Assembly (NCBI RefSeq): GCF_964355755.1 | Contig: NC_092671.1 | Location: 24,936,070-25,000,069, forward strand | Source: Antedon mediterranea | Lineage: Eukaryota; Animalia; Echinodermata | Length of the DNA stretch: 64,000 nt | Direction of reading: 5' to 3' | Shown: one piece after another, positions 38,056 through 52,287 of the stretch | How the letters are laid out: each line of letters begins with the position of its first letter | Position numbering within the stretch: the first letter of the stretch is position 1 | Made by a program: the position numbers and the translations under genes | The notes under the pieces: generated by a model | What the model was told of the DNA's origin: nothing | Databases searched by the model: none | What the model saw: the letters and a program-made list of their open reading frames with translations, nothing else

Positions 38056-38455
38056 GTAAGTACACTTTGAAATACTGTATCAACAAGATTTGATATTACC
38101 ATGTGCAAGTATAAGTGAGAGGAATAAAATTCCTTGAAAATGATCAAATAGTATAACAATTATGACTGTTTGTGAGTACAAGGCTGCAAATAAATTAGAA
38201 CATTTCACTGAATAAAATTATTTGCACAAAATATAAAACACTATTTGTTAGCACATAATGATCTAAACCATTTGAAAATGCAGTATTCGTTCCAATTTTT
38301 ATGCTAGTGTATGCATTCATTGGAGTATTTTATTGACTATCATGTAACCCAGAATCTTCAATTCAAATGACAACTACTCGGGTGTGTTAAAATTTGAATT
38401 TGGAGTTCTCAATAATATGTGTTCTGTGTTTTTTTTAGGTACCTTGTTTATTTTG

Positions 38456-38550
38456 TGTATGGGGATTACCACCCATCAGATAGGACAGTGATTTAATTTA
38501 CCATTGGTAATCCTTGGCCACATGTGCATCAAGACTTAAAATAAATAAAG
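38456..38550 (+). mobile_element. 5'-truncated copy (3' tail only) of the 8892-9230 SINE or its partner LINE
   Basis: ggggattaccacccatcagataggacagtga...taatccttggccaca matches the reverse complement of about 8895-8990. Confidence 0.75.
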
Positions 38551-38572
38551 ACATATTTTAATAAAGCTCTTA

Positions 38573-38806
38573 AACTTACTACATTTGAAAGACTTTATAA
38601 CTTACTACATTTGAAAGACTTTATAACTTACTACATTTGAAAGACTTTATAACTTACTACATTTGAAAGACTTTATAACTTACTACATTTGAAAGACTTT
38701 ATAACTTACTACATTTGAAAGACTTTATAACTTACTACATTTGAAAGACTTTATAACTTACTACATTTGAAAGACTTTATAACTTACTACATTTGAAAGA
38801 CTTTAT
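38573..38806. repeat. 26-bp minisatellite, 9 identical copies
   Basis: Unit aacttactacatttgaaagactttat. Confidence 0.98.
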
Positions 38807-40015
38807 TTTATAAATAAGAAAGATACTCGCTCCAGTATCACAATCACAAATCTGGTCATTTTGATACCCACATGTGAATAGCAATTGTAATAGATATGTT
38901 AGGTTTTTTTAGTTACAATACTTATTTTGACTTTAAACCAAAATAATTATACGGACATAAATTTGATTATCCAGTGTGTCTAAAAACGAAATTGATATTC
39001 TACCCACAAGTACATTTTATTCAAACAAAATGAAATACATTTAAGTGCAAAGCCAAAGGTATATGAGCCAGACAAAATGAATAAACTAGGGAACCTCCCA
39101 CACAATCAAATTTATAGACGCAAATCCTGCTACTGTTTATCCAATTACAGTTCTGTCACTTTATTTTCCATTAGTTTGAGAATATTTTTAGTGAAAAATT
39201 GAACGTATTAAAACTAACACTTGAAAATGGGTTTCTATTCTTGATGACTTAAAAATTATATATTAAAAATTAATCTGTATTTCACCTTTTGATTTAAAAG
39301 AAAAAAAAGCATATAAATAGTATAGTATAATCATCATAATTTAAAAGCAATATATCAAGGGTAAATGTAATAGATATTTTATATTTCCAAATACATAGTG
39401 TCTCACCCACTCAAATTGGCAAATGCAAACACATTTGTATCAGAAAGTTTTTTTTTCTTTTTTTTTCCATTCCCACCTCTGTTGTGTTGTTGATCATTTT
39501 TAGATATTCACCTATTTTTGTACTTTATACTGTATATTGAAGATATAATATAAATAAAACGTTCCCTTAGATAGATTTGGAGTTTGCCCTTCGAACTAAA
39601 CAATTATTGTTTAATATCAACTTTTTGGCACGACTTTGTGTGTATAAAAATTGTTTGCGATGACAAGATATATTTTCTTCATACCATATTGAAATATTGA
39701 GCACAAATAATACACGAAAACTCCCAAATAACATGTTTATTAATTTTGGTAATATCACGAAAAAAATAAAACACAATTGAAACTGTTGTCAAAGTCTCCC
39801 TATAGGATATATAACTTTCCAAGAACAAAATACAAATATGTTCAGAATTCCTTTGAAATAGACTTCTATCATTAAAAGGTGGAGTTATATTAACCTAGTT
39901 TGAAATTTATTAGAAACTATCACAAATATTAAACACAGTTGCAATAATAATATGGCTGTTGACATACATGATTTATGTAGGAACTTATTAATAACTTTAG
40001 CTTTCATAAGACTTT

Positions 40016-41154
40016 TTCACTCTATTGCACTATGTTTAACTGTATACAAGAATAGTATGAATGTTGATGAGTTGAATGGTTCACTCTATTGCGCTATGTT
40101 TAACTGTATACAAGTATAGTAATGAATGTTGATGAGTTGAATGGTTCACTCTATTGCACTATGTTTAACTGTATACAAGAATAGTATGAATGTTGATGAG
40201 TTGAATGGTTCACTCTATTGCACTATGTTTAACTGTATACAAGTATAGTAATGAATGTTGATGAGTTGAATGGTTCACTCTATTGCACTATGTTTAACTG
40301 TATACAAGTATAGTAATGAATGTTGATGAGTTGAATGGTTCACTCTATTGCGCTATGTTTAACTGTATACAAGTATAGTAATGAATGTTGATGAGTTGAA
40401 TGGTTCACTCTATTGCACTATGTTTAACTGTATACAAGAATAGTAATGAATGTTGATGAGTTGAATGGTTCACTCTATTGCACTATGTTTAACTGTATAC
40501 AAGTATAGTAATGAATGTTGATGAGTTGAATGGTTCACTCTATTGCACTATGTTTAACTGTATACAAGAATAGTAATGAATGTTGATGAGTTGAATGGTT
40601 CACTCTATTGCACTATGTTTAACTGTATACAAGTATAGTAATGAATGTTGATGAGTTGAATGGTTCACTCTATTGCACTATGTTTAACTGTATACAAGTA
40701 TAGTAATGAATGTTGATGAGTTGAATGGTTCACTCTATTGCACTATGTTTAACTGTATACAAGAATAGTAATGAATGTTGATGAGTTGAATGGTTCACTC
40801 TATTGCACTATGTTTAACTGTATACAAGTATAGTAATGAATGTTGATGAGTTGAATGGTTCACTCTATTGCACTATGTTTAACTGTATACAAGTATAGTA
40901 ATGAATGTTGATGAGTTGAATGGTTCACTCTATTGCACTATGTTTAACTGTATACAAGTATAGTAATGAATGTTGATGAGTTGAATGGTTCACTCTATTG
41001 CACTATTTTTAACTGTATACAAGTATAGTAATGAATGTTGATGAGTTGAATGGTTCACTCTATTGCACTATGTTTAACTGTATACAAGAATAGTAATGAA
41101 TGTTGATGAGTTGAATGGTTCACTCTATTGCACTATGTTTAACTGTATACAAGT
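40016..41154. repeat. 65-bp minisatellite, ~17.5 copies
   Basis: Unit cactctattgcactatgtttaactgtatacaagtatagtaatgaatgttgatgagttgaatggtt. Confidence 0.98.
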
Positions 41155-43792
41155 ACTGGACCTATGGGCAGAAAAGCATTAAAAAAGTGAGCACTCTAAT
41201 TTTTGGATACAGAGTACTGAAGAACAGTTATACTAATAGACAGTGCTCTTTAAAGGTTGATTTTCAAACGCAAATCAGTCAACCTCACATGGCAGAACAT
41301 TTTTACAAAAAGCTAAACATTCATAATGAATGGCATATGATGCGTAATTAACCAATCAAATGGCAAGGATATACACACGTGTGTTATATTAAAACTAGAT
41401 GAAGTACTCCCAATTCAAACAAATTTTTTTTGCAAAATACTGTATATGCATTTTAAGCCTTAAAGTGTTTGGAAAACAGTTGGAAACTTAGGTGGCTGTT
41501 GTGATATTCATAGTATATGTTTCATCAAATGCTGTACATATGGATTTTCCTTCTTATTCCGTTGTCTGTTATTGGATGAAGGAGGCAGTCTGTCTGTTCA
41601 TTGGAACTTTCATTTTACATTTCCCAATTAAACATGGAATGCAGCCGACAAACATGGAACAAACTTTGATGTTTACAATTAATGTTGTTGACCAGATTAT
41701 ATTATTATTTCACTTTAATTCTATTTCACTTTTTAAGATTGTCTTAAAAAAAAGAAAATTTCACACAGGAAGTAATATTTTCCTCCGTGTGGATATTGTC
41801 TGACATTCTTTATTTTTATCCATGTGTCCATTAATAGCCAACTGGCCCTGATAGTACAGTATAGTAATGTTATTGTTCATTCATTTTTAGTTACCGATTG
41901 GTTACCACACTTGTATTGCAAGAGTGCATGGGTCAATGCACATCTTGCTCAGTTCACGTTGAAAAATATACAAAAATAATGAATGTTTGAGTTGAATGGG
42001 TAGAAAATATCAATCTTTTCAAGAAACAAGTATTTTATCCAACAAATAGAAAACATTCATTATTTGTTTAATTAAACACACCTACTGTTCTAAAGTAAAC
42101 TTTTATTCAATTAATTCACTGCTTCCATCTTTACTCATTGAAGATTAGGCTGGGAAGCTAGAACAGTTATAGAAAGTACACACCAGAGGTTGATTTTTGA
42201 ATTTGCAGATTATTTTACAAATTTGTTCATTATCACCATTAGATATTACTTTTCCATTCAGTAGAACTAATACTAGAGGCACTTGATACGTAATTAAACC
42301 AATCAAATGTTACAATACTGTATATTTCACACATTTGGCATACTGCTTTTTGGATGTTTGCCAAACTAGAAAATAAAATAAATAGGAAATACAAATGATA
42401 GTTTCATTGAGCTTTATTAAATTGCGTTCATGATTGCCAAATCAACTGCAGTGCTTTTAATGGTCTATCTTTTTTTCAAATGACTTTGTAGCATTAAATA
42501 ACCATATGAAGTCCTTGTGTAAGCATTTCTTTAAAAAAATAAATGAAATCTGTATAAAATCTTCTTTTGTTTCTCTTCTAATGTTGTATCACTCATCATA
42601 CTAAATCTATGTTATAACCTATCATTAGCCATGCTGATTGATTCTAACATAGATTTGGTCGTCTGGCATGGAATGCCAGAAAATATTTGCGTTAAGAGTG
42701 CAGTGACATTAATTCCTATGAGAAAATCTTTAATGAAATAAGTGTTGTATTTACAGAAGCAATCTGCGGTAGGCTTGCATGCTTTTAATGTGTTTTGACT
42801 GTAGTTTGCAGCATGGTACGGCTAGAGGGAATTCTCCAACTTCCAGGCATTTCGCTCTTTCTCTTTTGATAGCAGGAAACATTCAAACTGCAATAACATC
42901 TAGACATAAATACATTATTAACTCGATATTTGGCACTTATTAATGTGTGTAATCCTTTTTGATAAAATAACATCTTTATTATTGTGAAATAATTACTGCA
43001 ATAAACAAGCGTATTCATTGCTATAATCACGGAGAAATGTTTTCTTCAAGCCAATACCTTTTAATTTTATTTTCTATAGTAACTTCTATATTGTCTGTCT
43101 GCCAGAAAACATGAATACATTTTCAACTAATTCAATTAAATTGCTCAATTGCCTGTTAAAATTATTACACGTGATCAACTTTAATTGAAACGTATCAATA
43201 GATATTTACACTTTTTTCTCTTGAAAGAATTACTTGAAAGCAAAGAAAAATTTAATTTGAAAAAGTAGTAGAGTATCGGTGAGTACAGCTCAGTATACAG
43301 GCAGTTTTCAGTTAATTAGTGAGCTTTCTCATCAGAATAGTAGGCAATGGGGACAGTAGATGAAACTGTATGATCCCTGTACGCGCCTCTTCATTAGGTG
43401 TTTTTAGTTCATCCTTTAAACCTAAGACCTAACCTAGTTAATGTAGAAACTTTTCAAATATGCCTGCCAAGCTCGTGTTTACAGGGTCTGTGGACTAAGT
43501 CTAGAAGTGGAGCTATACAAAAAAGTAGGAAAATATAATATATGAAGAGCTGCTGGTCTTTCTCACTTAAAAGCAATGCATATTGCAAGTGACGCTTCTT
43601 GACTGCAATAGACACATGCTCTTGAAAGCCTATTTATGCAAATTTGTTACTTTTCTTTAGCAATGACTCTTTGACTATACAGCATACAAGGGAATAATAA
43701 CAATACAAGCAATTTCCTCTACTTTAAATGTTATTACTGTTGACTTGATATTTTTAAGTGTTTGCATAACACAATTGTTTGTTTTTTTACAG

Positions 43793-43871
43793 ACGTTGTA
43801 GAGTAGGCCGAGTATTAGGTTTACTGGCTCTCCATTCTGATGAACTTGATGAAAATTTGCCACTGACAGAG
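43793..43871 (+). CDS. ULK4: ULK4 internal exon
   Basis: tttttacag|...|gt, phase 2-0. RCRVGRVLGLLALHSDELDENLPLTE resembles RAKVAHVIGLLASHTAELQENTPVVE. Confidence 0.92.
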
Positions 43872-44317
43872 GTCTGTTTACTATGTTTTATATTGTTTTT
43901 TTTTTAACCTTTTGGTACCATGACATAAACATGATCATACTAATTATTAAAATTATTATCATCCTTATCAATAATTATTAATGTGCAATTTTCAAATGTA
44001 CATTTGTAGTTGCATTAGGTTCATTATTGGAATTTGTTAATGTTTGTATACTTTGATCCTATCCACAACGTGATGTTAACTATTTGCGTATAGTACTACC
44101 ATATGACTCCATTCATCTAATGTTGAACTGTACGCTGGCAACCAGACGATATATGGTAACATCAATCAGAAATGATCAGTGCAAGTACAGTATTGGTATC
44201 TCAAACCAAGCATGAATTAAGTAGTGTGACTACATTGGAGCATGGGACTATACTTTTATTAATTGAACAATAGTTAGAGTGAAATATGCTCATGTTTTTT
44301 GTATATATTATTTACAG

Positions 44318-44509
44318 CTCTTCTCAGTACTTACTGAAGTTGTACGTGATAATAACCGTAACAGTAAACTAAAACAGAGTGTTCTACCAGCGTTGGGCGA
44401 GTTTTTATTTCTAGTTGCCAAACATGAAGAACAGAGGTCAATGGTCATTGATGCGTGGACAGTTCCATCAGTGACATACAACATTATCACACGATGTTTG
44501 AGAGAAGGT
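44318..44509 (+). CDS. ULK4: ULK4 internal exon (HEAT/ARM region)
   Basis: cag|...|gtaagt, phase 0-0. LFSVLTEVVRDNNRNSKLKQSVLPALGEFLFLVA...RCLREG. Confidence 0.96.
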
Positions 44510-47500
44510 GTAAGTATGAATAATATTTCAAAATGTTTTTTTTTGTGTTTAGTAGCTTCTGTTTTTGTTTTTTTTAAATTTGCTTGAGACGAAACTAACA
44601 CTCTTTGTTCAATGTAACTACAGTCAAATCTCACAACACCAGACTAAAGGTACATTCACACTTGTTCTGAATGGAAGATGGTGTTGTTTGTTAAATCATG
44701 GAAAATCATAAAGAATTAAATGTGGCCGTAATCCAGACTTTTCCTTAAACCGGACTGTTTATTGTCACACAAATGTGTCCAGTTGTGGGAAATTTTTGTG
44801 ATTGTGTTTGTATAAAGAGACTTTTTTGAGCCACTGTGTTTGACGGAATAATTTGAATTTAATTAAAACTTGATTATGCATTATAGTAAGAAAACACACT
44901 TTCCCAGTTACAGTAATTTATAAATATTACTACTACTCATCTGTGTGTATGCTCAGATGGTATTTTAAATTTAATTAATTAAAATATGTTGTCCTTTATA
45001 ATATATACAATTGTGGAAAACTTTTGTAATTAGTGCTATTACTTCTGTCTAATACCTTGGATATATACATTTTTATCATAAAAATTTACGGAAATTTAAC
45101 TTCATTAATGACGACGCTACCACTTGAAGTACTTACTGCTCTAATTCTTATGCTCTACTTCGTGTTTTGATGATGACATCATCATCGTTTTTTATTAGTT
45201 ACATGGTTGTATACATTTCGTTTTATCTTTAATAGTAAAGCACTTAGCATTTACTGAAGTCTACTGTTTAAGGGCTGTTGTGTCATTCTTTCTACTCAAA
45301 TTTTGAATTAACATCCAAAGTAGAATTCTCTCAAATCTTGTAGCATATTTCTTTAATCACTTAACTTATCCAGGTATTTGATCAAGCACCTTATAGTAGC
45401 CATAATATGCCCAACATGTTCTTTAATCATTGTCATGCATGGTTGATTGCAGTTTCAAAAGTTTATGTGGAATTCTTCACCAAAGGAAGTACTGTACGCC
45501 TCTGCATTTTAGCGTTGCACCGCAGTGTTTAATGCATGCCCCTCATCTACGGCTTTTCATACCGCTTTTTGTTTTTAAGTTTAGTGTTCCTACTTTCACT
45601 ATGATTTGCAAAAATGCCAGCTACTTTACCCCATATTATTTAAAGGCAATACATTCTGATTAAAGTGAAAGAGTCTATTTAGTATTACAAATAGGTAATG
45701 TAGCCTAAAAGCTGTATTGAAGCCATGAGATGTAACCCTGATTAGAGATGCTAAAAAAAAATAAGCAACAGAGAATTGCCAGCTAACCCAAATATCAGGT
45801 GCACAGCATGCAGAGAAATTGACCATCAACCATTCTGTTTTCTTGCAATAAGGCACTTTTGGGCCAGCCTGCTTTTAGACGTAAAAACATCTACTCGTCC
45901 AAAAAAAACGGATTCAATGCTGTACGCATTGTGTGTATAAGAATCCTGCAATTTTTAATAAAGTATAGCTACTACTATTAACATGAATTGATACTATGTG
46001 ATGTTTTTGTATCAAAGATCAGAAGCCTAGACCTTTGCTTGTTTATGCATCCTGACAAGAAAGCTGTGAAACGACATAAACAGTCCCAAAGCAACATTAC
46101 ACATTAACAACATTCGCATTTCTGGAGTGTATTAACAGTTTGTATTAGGTGTTGTTACATTGCCTCAGGACCTTTTCATTGACTATTCATTTCAGTTTAT
46201 GTGTTAAACTTATTAATAAGATGTTTAACATTCCCTTTGCTAGTTAAGTTGTCAGAGAACATGCCTGGATTAGACAATGCAAATTGGCAAGGTAATGGTT
46301 AAGAAGAAAATAATTAGTGATCATACTATTAAATAACTAACTACTATTCATACATTTGTAAATGTATGTGAATAAATAATTTTATATCTAAAAGATATTG
46401 TTCAATTCAATTCAAAAAGCATTTATTTACGTCCAAAGACAAAAAGTAACAAAACAATAATGATATTGATGATGGATGAAGGCAGGATCCCGAAAAGATG
46501 AGAATCTTGTGGCGGGATTGCCTTTACAAATTAATTAAAAATAGATATTAAATAGGTTGATAGGTTGTTGTAGAAGAGGGAACCAACAGACATCTATGAT
46601 TGTAGTGGGGCAAGAGTCAAGAATCAATAATCATGACTAAGAAGGGCACTCTGCCTATAGTATAATTCCCTTACATAAGATCTCCACGAGGAGTTTGGAG
46701 TCTTTGTGGGCCTAAGTCGCAGCCGTGTTCTGCATTATTTATTTATTCTGTCTTTATACTGAATGACGCTTTCAGTGCTAAAGCGTTGATTTCCAAAGTG
46801 GTTCAGAAGAGAACAATAAAAATAATTCAAAAGTTGAAATTGTCATAGATTTATAGTTTGTTTTATGTCTCATTTGAAATCGGCTAGGGATATAAATTTA
46901 GAAAATCAAGCAAAATCTTTTGGGCAATAGCGGAGAAAGAGATATTTGTGTCAGCATGCTTCTCCCCGTTGTTAATTAGCTTTGTTTTAACCTTGAAACT
47001 TACTTTTGACAATTTAATCAAGCTAGCGGGTACAATTGCTTTTCACGCCTATTATGTTGTAATGTTTTAGTGGCAGTGATTTCAGTCACTTCTATTTTCA
47101 TCATCACAGGAATAGTAACGAATTATCTACTACTGCAATAAATTTGGTAACATTAGGTAACTCATTTGTTTGGGCCAGCACAATATTCTTACTTACACAA
47201 TGTTTGACAATATTTGTGTAAGTGGGCCTGGTCCAAATTTTTATTTAATAGAATAACAATTTAACTCACAGGTCTGTGTCCTTGTGTGAATGTTGCCACA
47301 AAAAACAATTTGCTTGATATTGTTTTTCAAAGCGAAAGGTAGGATCAAGTGCATTTTTTGTGATGGGAAATTGATATTTAATTCTTTCCTAATAGTGTAT
47401 TAATTGCTTCCAGTTTGTACTATGAATTTGTTAAGGGCATTTTAAGTTACACCATATTAAAATTTGGCCTCACACCTGAATTTGCGACTTGTGGGAAAAA

Positions 47501-47902
47501 GTGAAAGTGAGCGCCTTGATTAAGAAACAAAACAGTCTATTTATAAATGAGGAAGTTAGTTATTCAGCTAAATTGAATGTTTTCTTACAAATAAGGTGTG
47601 GTTTTGTGGCGATAATTTGAACGTGAAAATGTTGAAAGTGAAATTGCAAAGAAAGAGGATTTTCATTAGCCTTAACCTACAAAGACATTGTTAACACGCA
47701 ATTCACTTTCCAAGAGTTTCGTAATCATAATTAATAGAACAGCACAGGAACACAGAAAATTATAGAAAATTGTTTGTGTCTTTGGTTGTGTTTATGTCCA
47801 CTTCACGGAAATGAATTGTCAATTTTTATCATTTATAAACAAAATGTTCAATATTAATAATAATATATTGGGATTGTTAATGTCTTCTCAATTTTTCGTT
47901 GA

Positions 47903-48060
47903 GGTATTATAGTCCTCAAGCTTAACATGGATATGCCCTATGGACCCAGGACAGCAGCCAGAGTGCAGCGCCTACCCAAATCAGCACCAAGAGAAAAGAT
48001 CGGAGCCTAACATTGGAAACTTGGGTGGGAGAACCAGTGTTTCAACACAGTATGGTCATA
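47903..48060 (-). mobile_element. Internally deleted copy of the 5S-headed SINE at 4011-4488
   Basis: Minus strand tatgaccatactgtgttgaaacactggttctc... joined to tgctgat...gcgctgcactctggct...gttaagcttgaggacta. Confidence 0.75.
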
Positions 48061-48336
48061 ATAAAGTTGATCTCCAGTTGGAGTTGAATGGATTAATAGC
48101 ATTATCATTTATTTATGCAGTTTCTTTAATTTGATAATTCAGTATTGTAAAATTATAGACATTGTATAATAGAAATAATATATGACTGCTGCTTGTCCAT
48201 CATGGAACCACCAACACAATCAAATTCAAAATTTAAAATATATTATATTATGTATTATCATCAGCAAAATCAGAATTAAAGTAAAATTATCTCCATTGTG
48301 TGTAAAATAATATAAGATATACACTCAACTCTCCCA

Positions 48337-51300
48337 ATACCGGACACCTTTGGGCCTTATAAGTATGATACACATACTGGACACCTTTGGGCCTTAAAGT
48401 ATGATACACATACTGGACACCTTTGGGCCTTATAAGTATGATACACATACTGGACACCTTTGGGCCTTATAAGTATGATAAACATACTGGACACATTTGG
48501 GCCTTATAAGTATGATAAACATACTGGACACCTTTGGGCCTTATAAGTATGATAAACATACCGGACACCTTTGGGCCTTATAAGTATGATACACATACTG
48601 GACACCTTTGGGCCTTATAAGTATGATAAACATACCGGACACCTTTGGGCCTTATAAGTATGATAAACATACCGGACACCTTTGGGCCTTATAAGTATGA
48701 TACACATACCGGACACCTTTGGGCCTTATAAGTATGATAAACATACCGGACACCTTTGGGCCTTATAAGTATGATAAACATACCGGACACATTTGGGCCT
48801 TATAAGTATGATAAACATACCGGACACCTTTGGGCCTTATAAGTATGATAAACATACCGGACACCTTTGGGCCTTATAAGTATGATAAACATACCGGACA
48901 CCTTTGGGCCTTATAAGTATGATAAACATACTGGACACATTTGGGCCTTATAAGTATGATAAACATACCGGACACCTTTGGGCCTTATAAGTATGATACA
49001 CATACTGGACACCTTTGGGCCTTATAAGTATGATAAACATACCGGACACCTTTGGGCCTTATAAGTATGATAAACATACCGGACACCTTTGGGCCTTATA
49101 AGTATGATAAACATACCGGACACCTTTGGGCCTTATAAGTATGATACACATACTGGACACCTTTGGGCCTTATAAGTATGATAAACATACCGGACACCTT
49201 TGGGCCTTATAAGTATGATAAACATACCGGACACCTTTGGGCCTTATAAGTATGATAAACATACCGGACACATTTGGGCCTTATAAGTATGATAAACATA
49301 CCGGACACCTTTGGGCCTTATAAGTATGATAAACATACCGGACACCTTTGGGCCTTATAAGTATGATACACATACTGGACACCTTTGGGCCTTATAAGTA
49401 TGATAAACATACCGGACACCTTTGGGCCTTATAAGTATGATACACATACTGGACACCTTTGGGCCTTGTAAGTATGATAAACATACCGGACACCTTTGGG
49501 CCTTATAAGTGTGTAGTCTGGGCTCCAGACAGAGTTTTTTCTTAATATTAGTAAAAATATAAATATTTTTGCACATATGGCGTTTCATACGTGTATTACT
49601 TGATTTTGGATACTCCGTCTGGGGAAACACGCAAAAGTCACGTGGTTTGACACCAAGAATTCTTGGTGCATAGATTATCCGGTTGACTAGTTTCAGCTGC
49701 ATGCGATTGGCTACTCACTCGTACACTGTTTTAATATTCATGTTTCAGAATTTCAAAGACTCAACAACTAAGAAGGTACGCATGCGCTATGTTACGTTTA
49801 GACAATGTGTACTTGGGTGCATTAATGAAAGTTTCTGAAGGCTAGAAATAATTTTATACCGTATGCCTAGTAGTAGTCTGGTAAAAATTTGATGGGATTT
49901 TTCCCAAGAAAACTCGTCTTGCTTCTCCGCAAATCAAACATTGAATGGATCATTTAATATTACGCGGAGATAATTTGATTTAATTCCCACCCAGACCCTG
50001 TCCTGTTCTGTGTAGTGTAGCCCTGTCTGTTGTGTGTGAATCCTGTTGTGTGCCGGTGGTGGTATATAGGTCTACCTTATTGGCGTTTTATTTGGCAGGT
50101 CATACGTGCGAGTTAAGTAGGACCTACGAAGGAGGCCTAGGCTAAGGACTAAACAATTAATAAACAAAACAACTTGGCAACACGATTTCATATTTCAACA
50201 GTCTCGATCGTACATTCAGCACTGTACGTACTCGATCTTTTTCATTTTGAAACAAAATGATCATTGGTTTATCCATATTTACATACCGCCCGCCCCATAT
50301 AGCCAAATACGGTATGATAACCTACGTCATTCTTATCGGATGTTTGCGGTCTGCAAATCGATTTCTATACGTGTTTCACAAGTCTGTATTTTCAGACAAA
50401 AATCGCGGCCGAAATAAAAACAAATAAATAAAAAACAATACAGACTTGGGGCAAGTCTAATAAGTATGATAAACATACCGGACACCTTTGGGCCTTATAA
50501 GTATGATAAACATACTGGACACATTTGGGCCTTATAAGTATGATACACATACTGGACACCTTTGGGCCTTATAAGTATGATAAACATACCGGACACCTTT
50601 GGGCCTTATAAGTATGATAAACATACTGGACACCTTTGGGCCTTATAAGTATGATAAACATACTGGACACCTTTGGGCCTTATAAGTATGATAAACATAC
50701 TGGACACCTTTGGGCCTTATAAGTATGATAAACATACTGGACACCTTTGGGCCTTATAAGTATGATACACATACTGGACACCTTTGGGCCTTATAAGTAT
50801 GATACACATACTGGACACCTTTGGGCCTTATAAGTATGATACACATACTGGACACCTTTGGGCCTTATAAGTATGATAAAATTACTGGACACCTTTGGGC
50901 CTTATAAGTATGATAAACATACCGGACACCTTTGGGCCTTATAAGTATGATACACATACCGGACACCTTTGGGCCTTATAAGTATGATACACATACTGGA
51001 CACCTTTGGGCCTTATAAGTATGATACACATACTGGACACCTTTGGGCCTTATAAGTATGATACACATACTGGACACCTTTGGGCCTTATAAGTATGATA
51101 AACATACCGGACACCTTTGGGCCTTATAAGTATGATAAACATACTGGACACCTTTGGGCCTTATAAGTATGATAAACATACCGGACACCTTTGGGCCTTA
51201 TAAGTATGATAAACATACCGGACACCTTTGGGCCTTATAAGTATGATACACATACTGGACACATTTGGGCCTTATAAGTATGATACACATACTGGACACC

Positions 51301-51960
51301 TTTGGGTCTTATAAGTATGATACACATACTGGACACCTTTGGGCCTTATAAGTATGATACACATACTGGACACCTTTGGGCCTTATAAGTATGATACACA
51401 TACTGGACACCTTTGGGCCTTATAAGTATGATACACATACTGGACACCTTTGGGCCTTATAAGTATGATAAACATACTGGACACCTTTGGGCCTTATAAG
51501 TATGATACACATACTGGACACCTTTGGGCCTTATAAGTATGATAAACATACTGGACACCTTTGGGCCTTATAAGTATGATAAACATACCGGACACCTTTG
51601 GGCCTTATAAGTATGATACACATACTGGACACCTTTGGGTCTTATAAGTATGATACACATACTGGACACCTTTGGGCCTTATAAGTATGATACACATACT
51701 GGACACCTTTGGGCCTTATAAGTATGATACACATACTGGACACCTTTGGGCCTTATAAGTATGATAAACATACCGGACACCTTTGGGCCTTATAAGTATG
51801 ATACACATACTGGACACCTTTGGGCCTTATAAGTATGATACACATACTGGACACCTTTGGGCCTTATAAGTATGATACACATACTGGACACCTTTGGGCC
51901 TTATAAGTATGATACACATACTGGACACCTTTGGGCCTTATAAGTATGATACACATACCG
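48337..51960. repeat. 37-bp minisatellite (~32 + ~40 copies) split by an insertion at 49511-50459
   Basis: Unit taagtatgata(a/c)acatac(c/t)ggacacctttgggcctta. Confidence 0.98.
49511..50459. mobile_element. Unclassified ~950-bp insertion with hairpin ends
   Basis: Interrupts a homogeneous array; terminal hairpins gtctg-ggctc-cagac and agacttg-ggg-caagtct; ataagt present at both junctions. Confidence 0.65.
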
Positions 51961-52287
51961 TAATGCATACTAAATATTGTAGAACCCGTATTAACACCTT
52001 CGACACCCAATAAGTTGTCCCCGTCATTAGTTGTGACCCCTAAATAAAGGTTAGCTGTAGTGTTAAAATATTGCCCATTATTCTTTTCACAGTTTACCCT
52101 TAACATGGTTGTTTCAAAATAAGGGGTTACTTTTTATAGCAAATGCATACTTTTCTCTACACATCTGTTTACTGTCATTCTTATTTACACTAATTTTACA
52201 TGCATATATAGGACGTCATGCACTTCTTGTATATATATACGTTTTAATTACTTTCTTTTAAATGTCGTCATATTTTGTTTTTTGTAG

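Noticed and set aside
46400-46750. Possible LINE 3' tails ((ttcaa)n with a stem-loop; ttattt tail)
   Set aside because: Plausible, but there is no coding remnant or second copy to confirm a family.
48337-51960. 37-bp, 44-bp and 30-bp repeats as CRISPR arrays
   Set aside because: The units are contiguous with no unique spacers, there are no cas genes, and the context is a eukaryotic intron.
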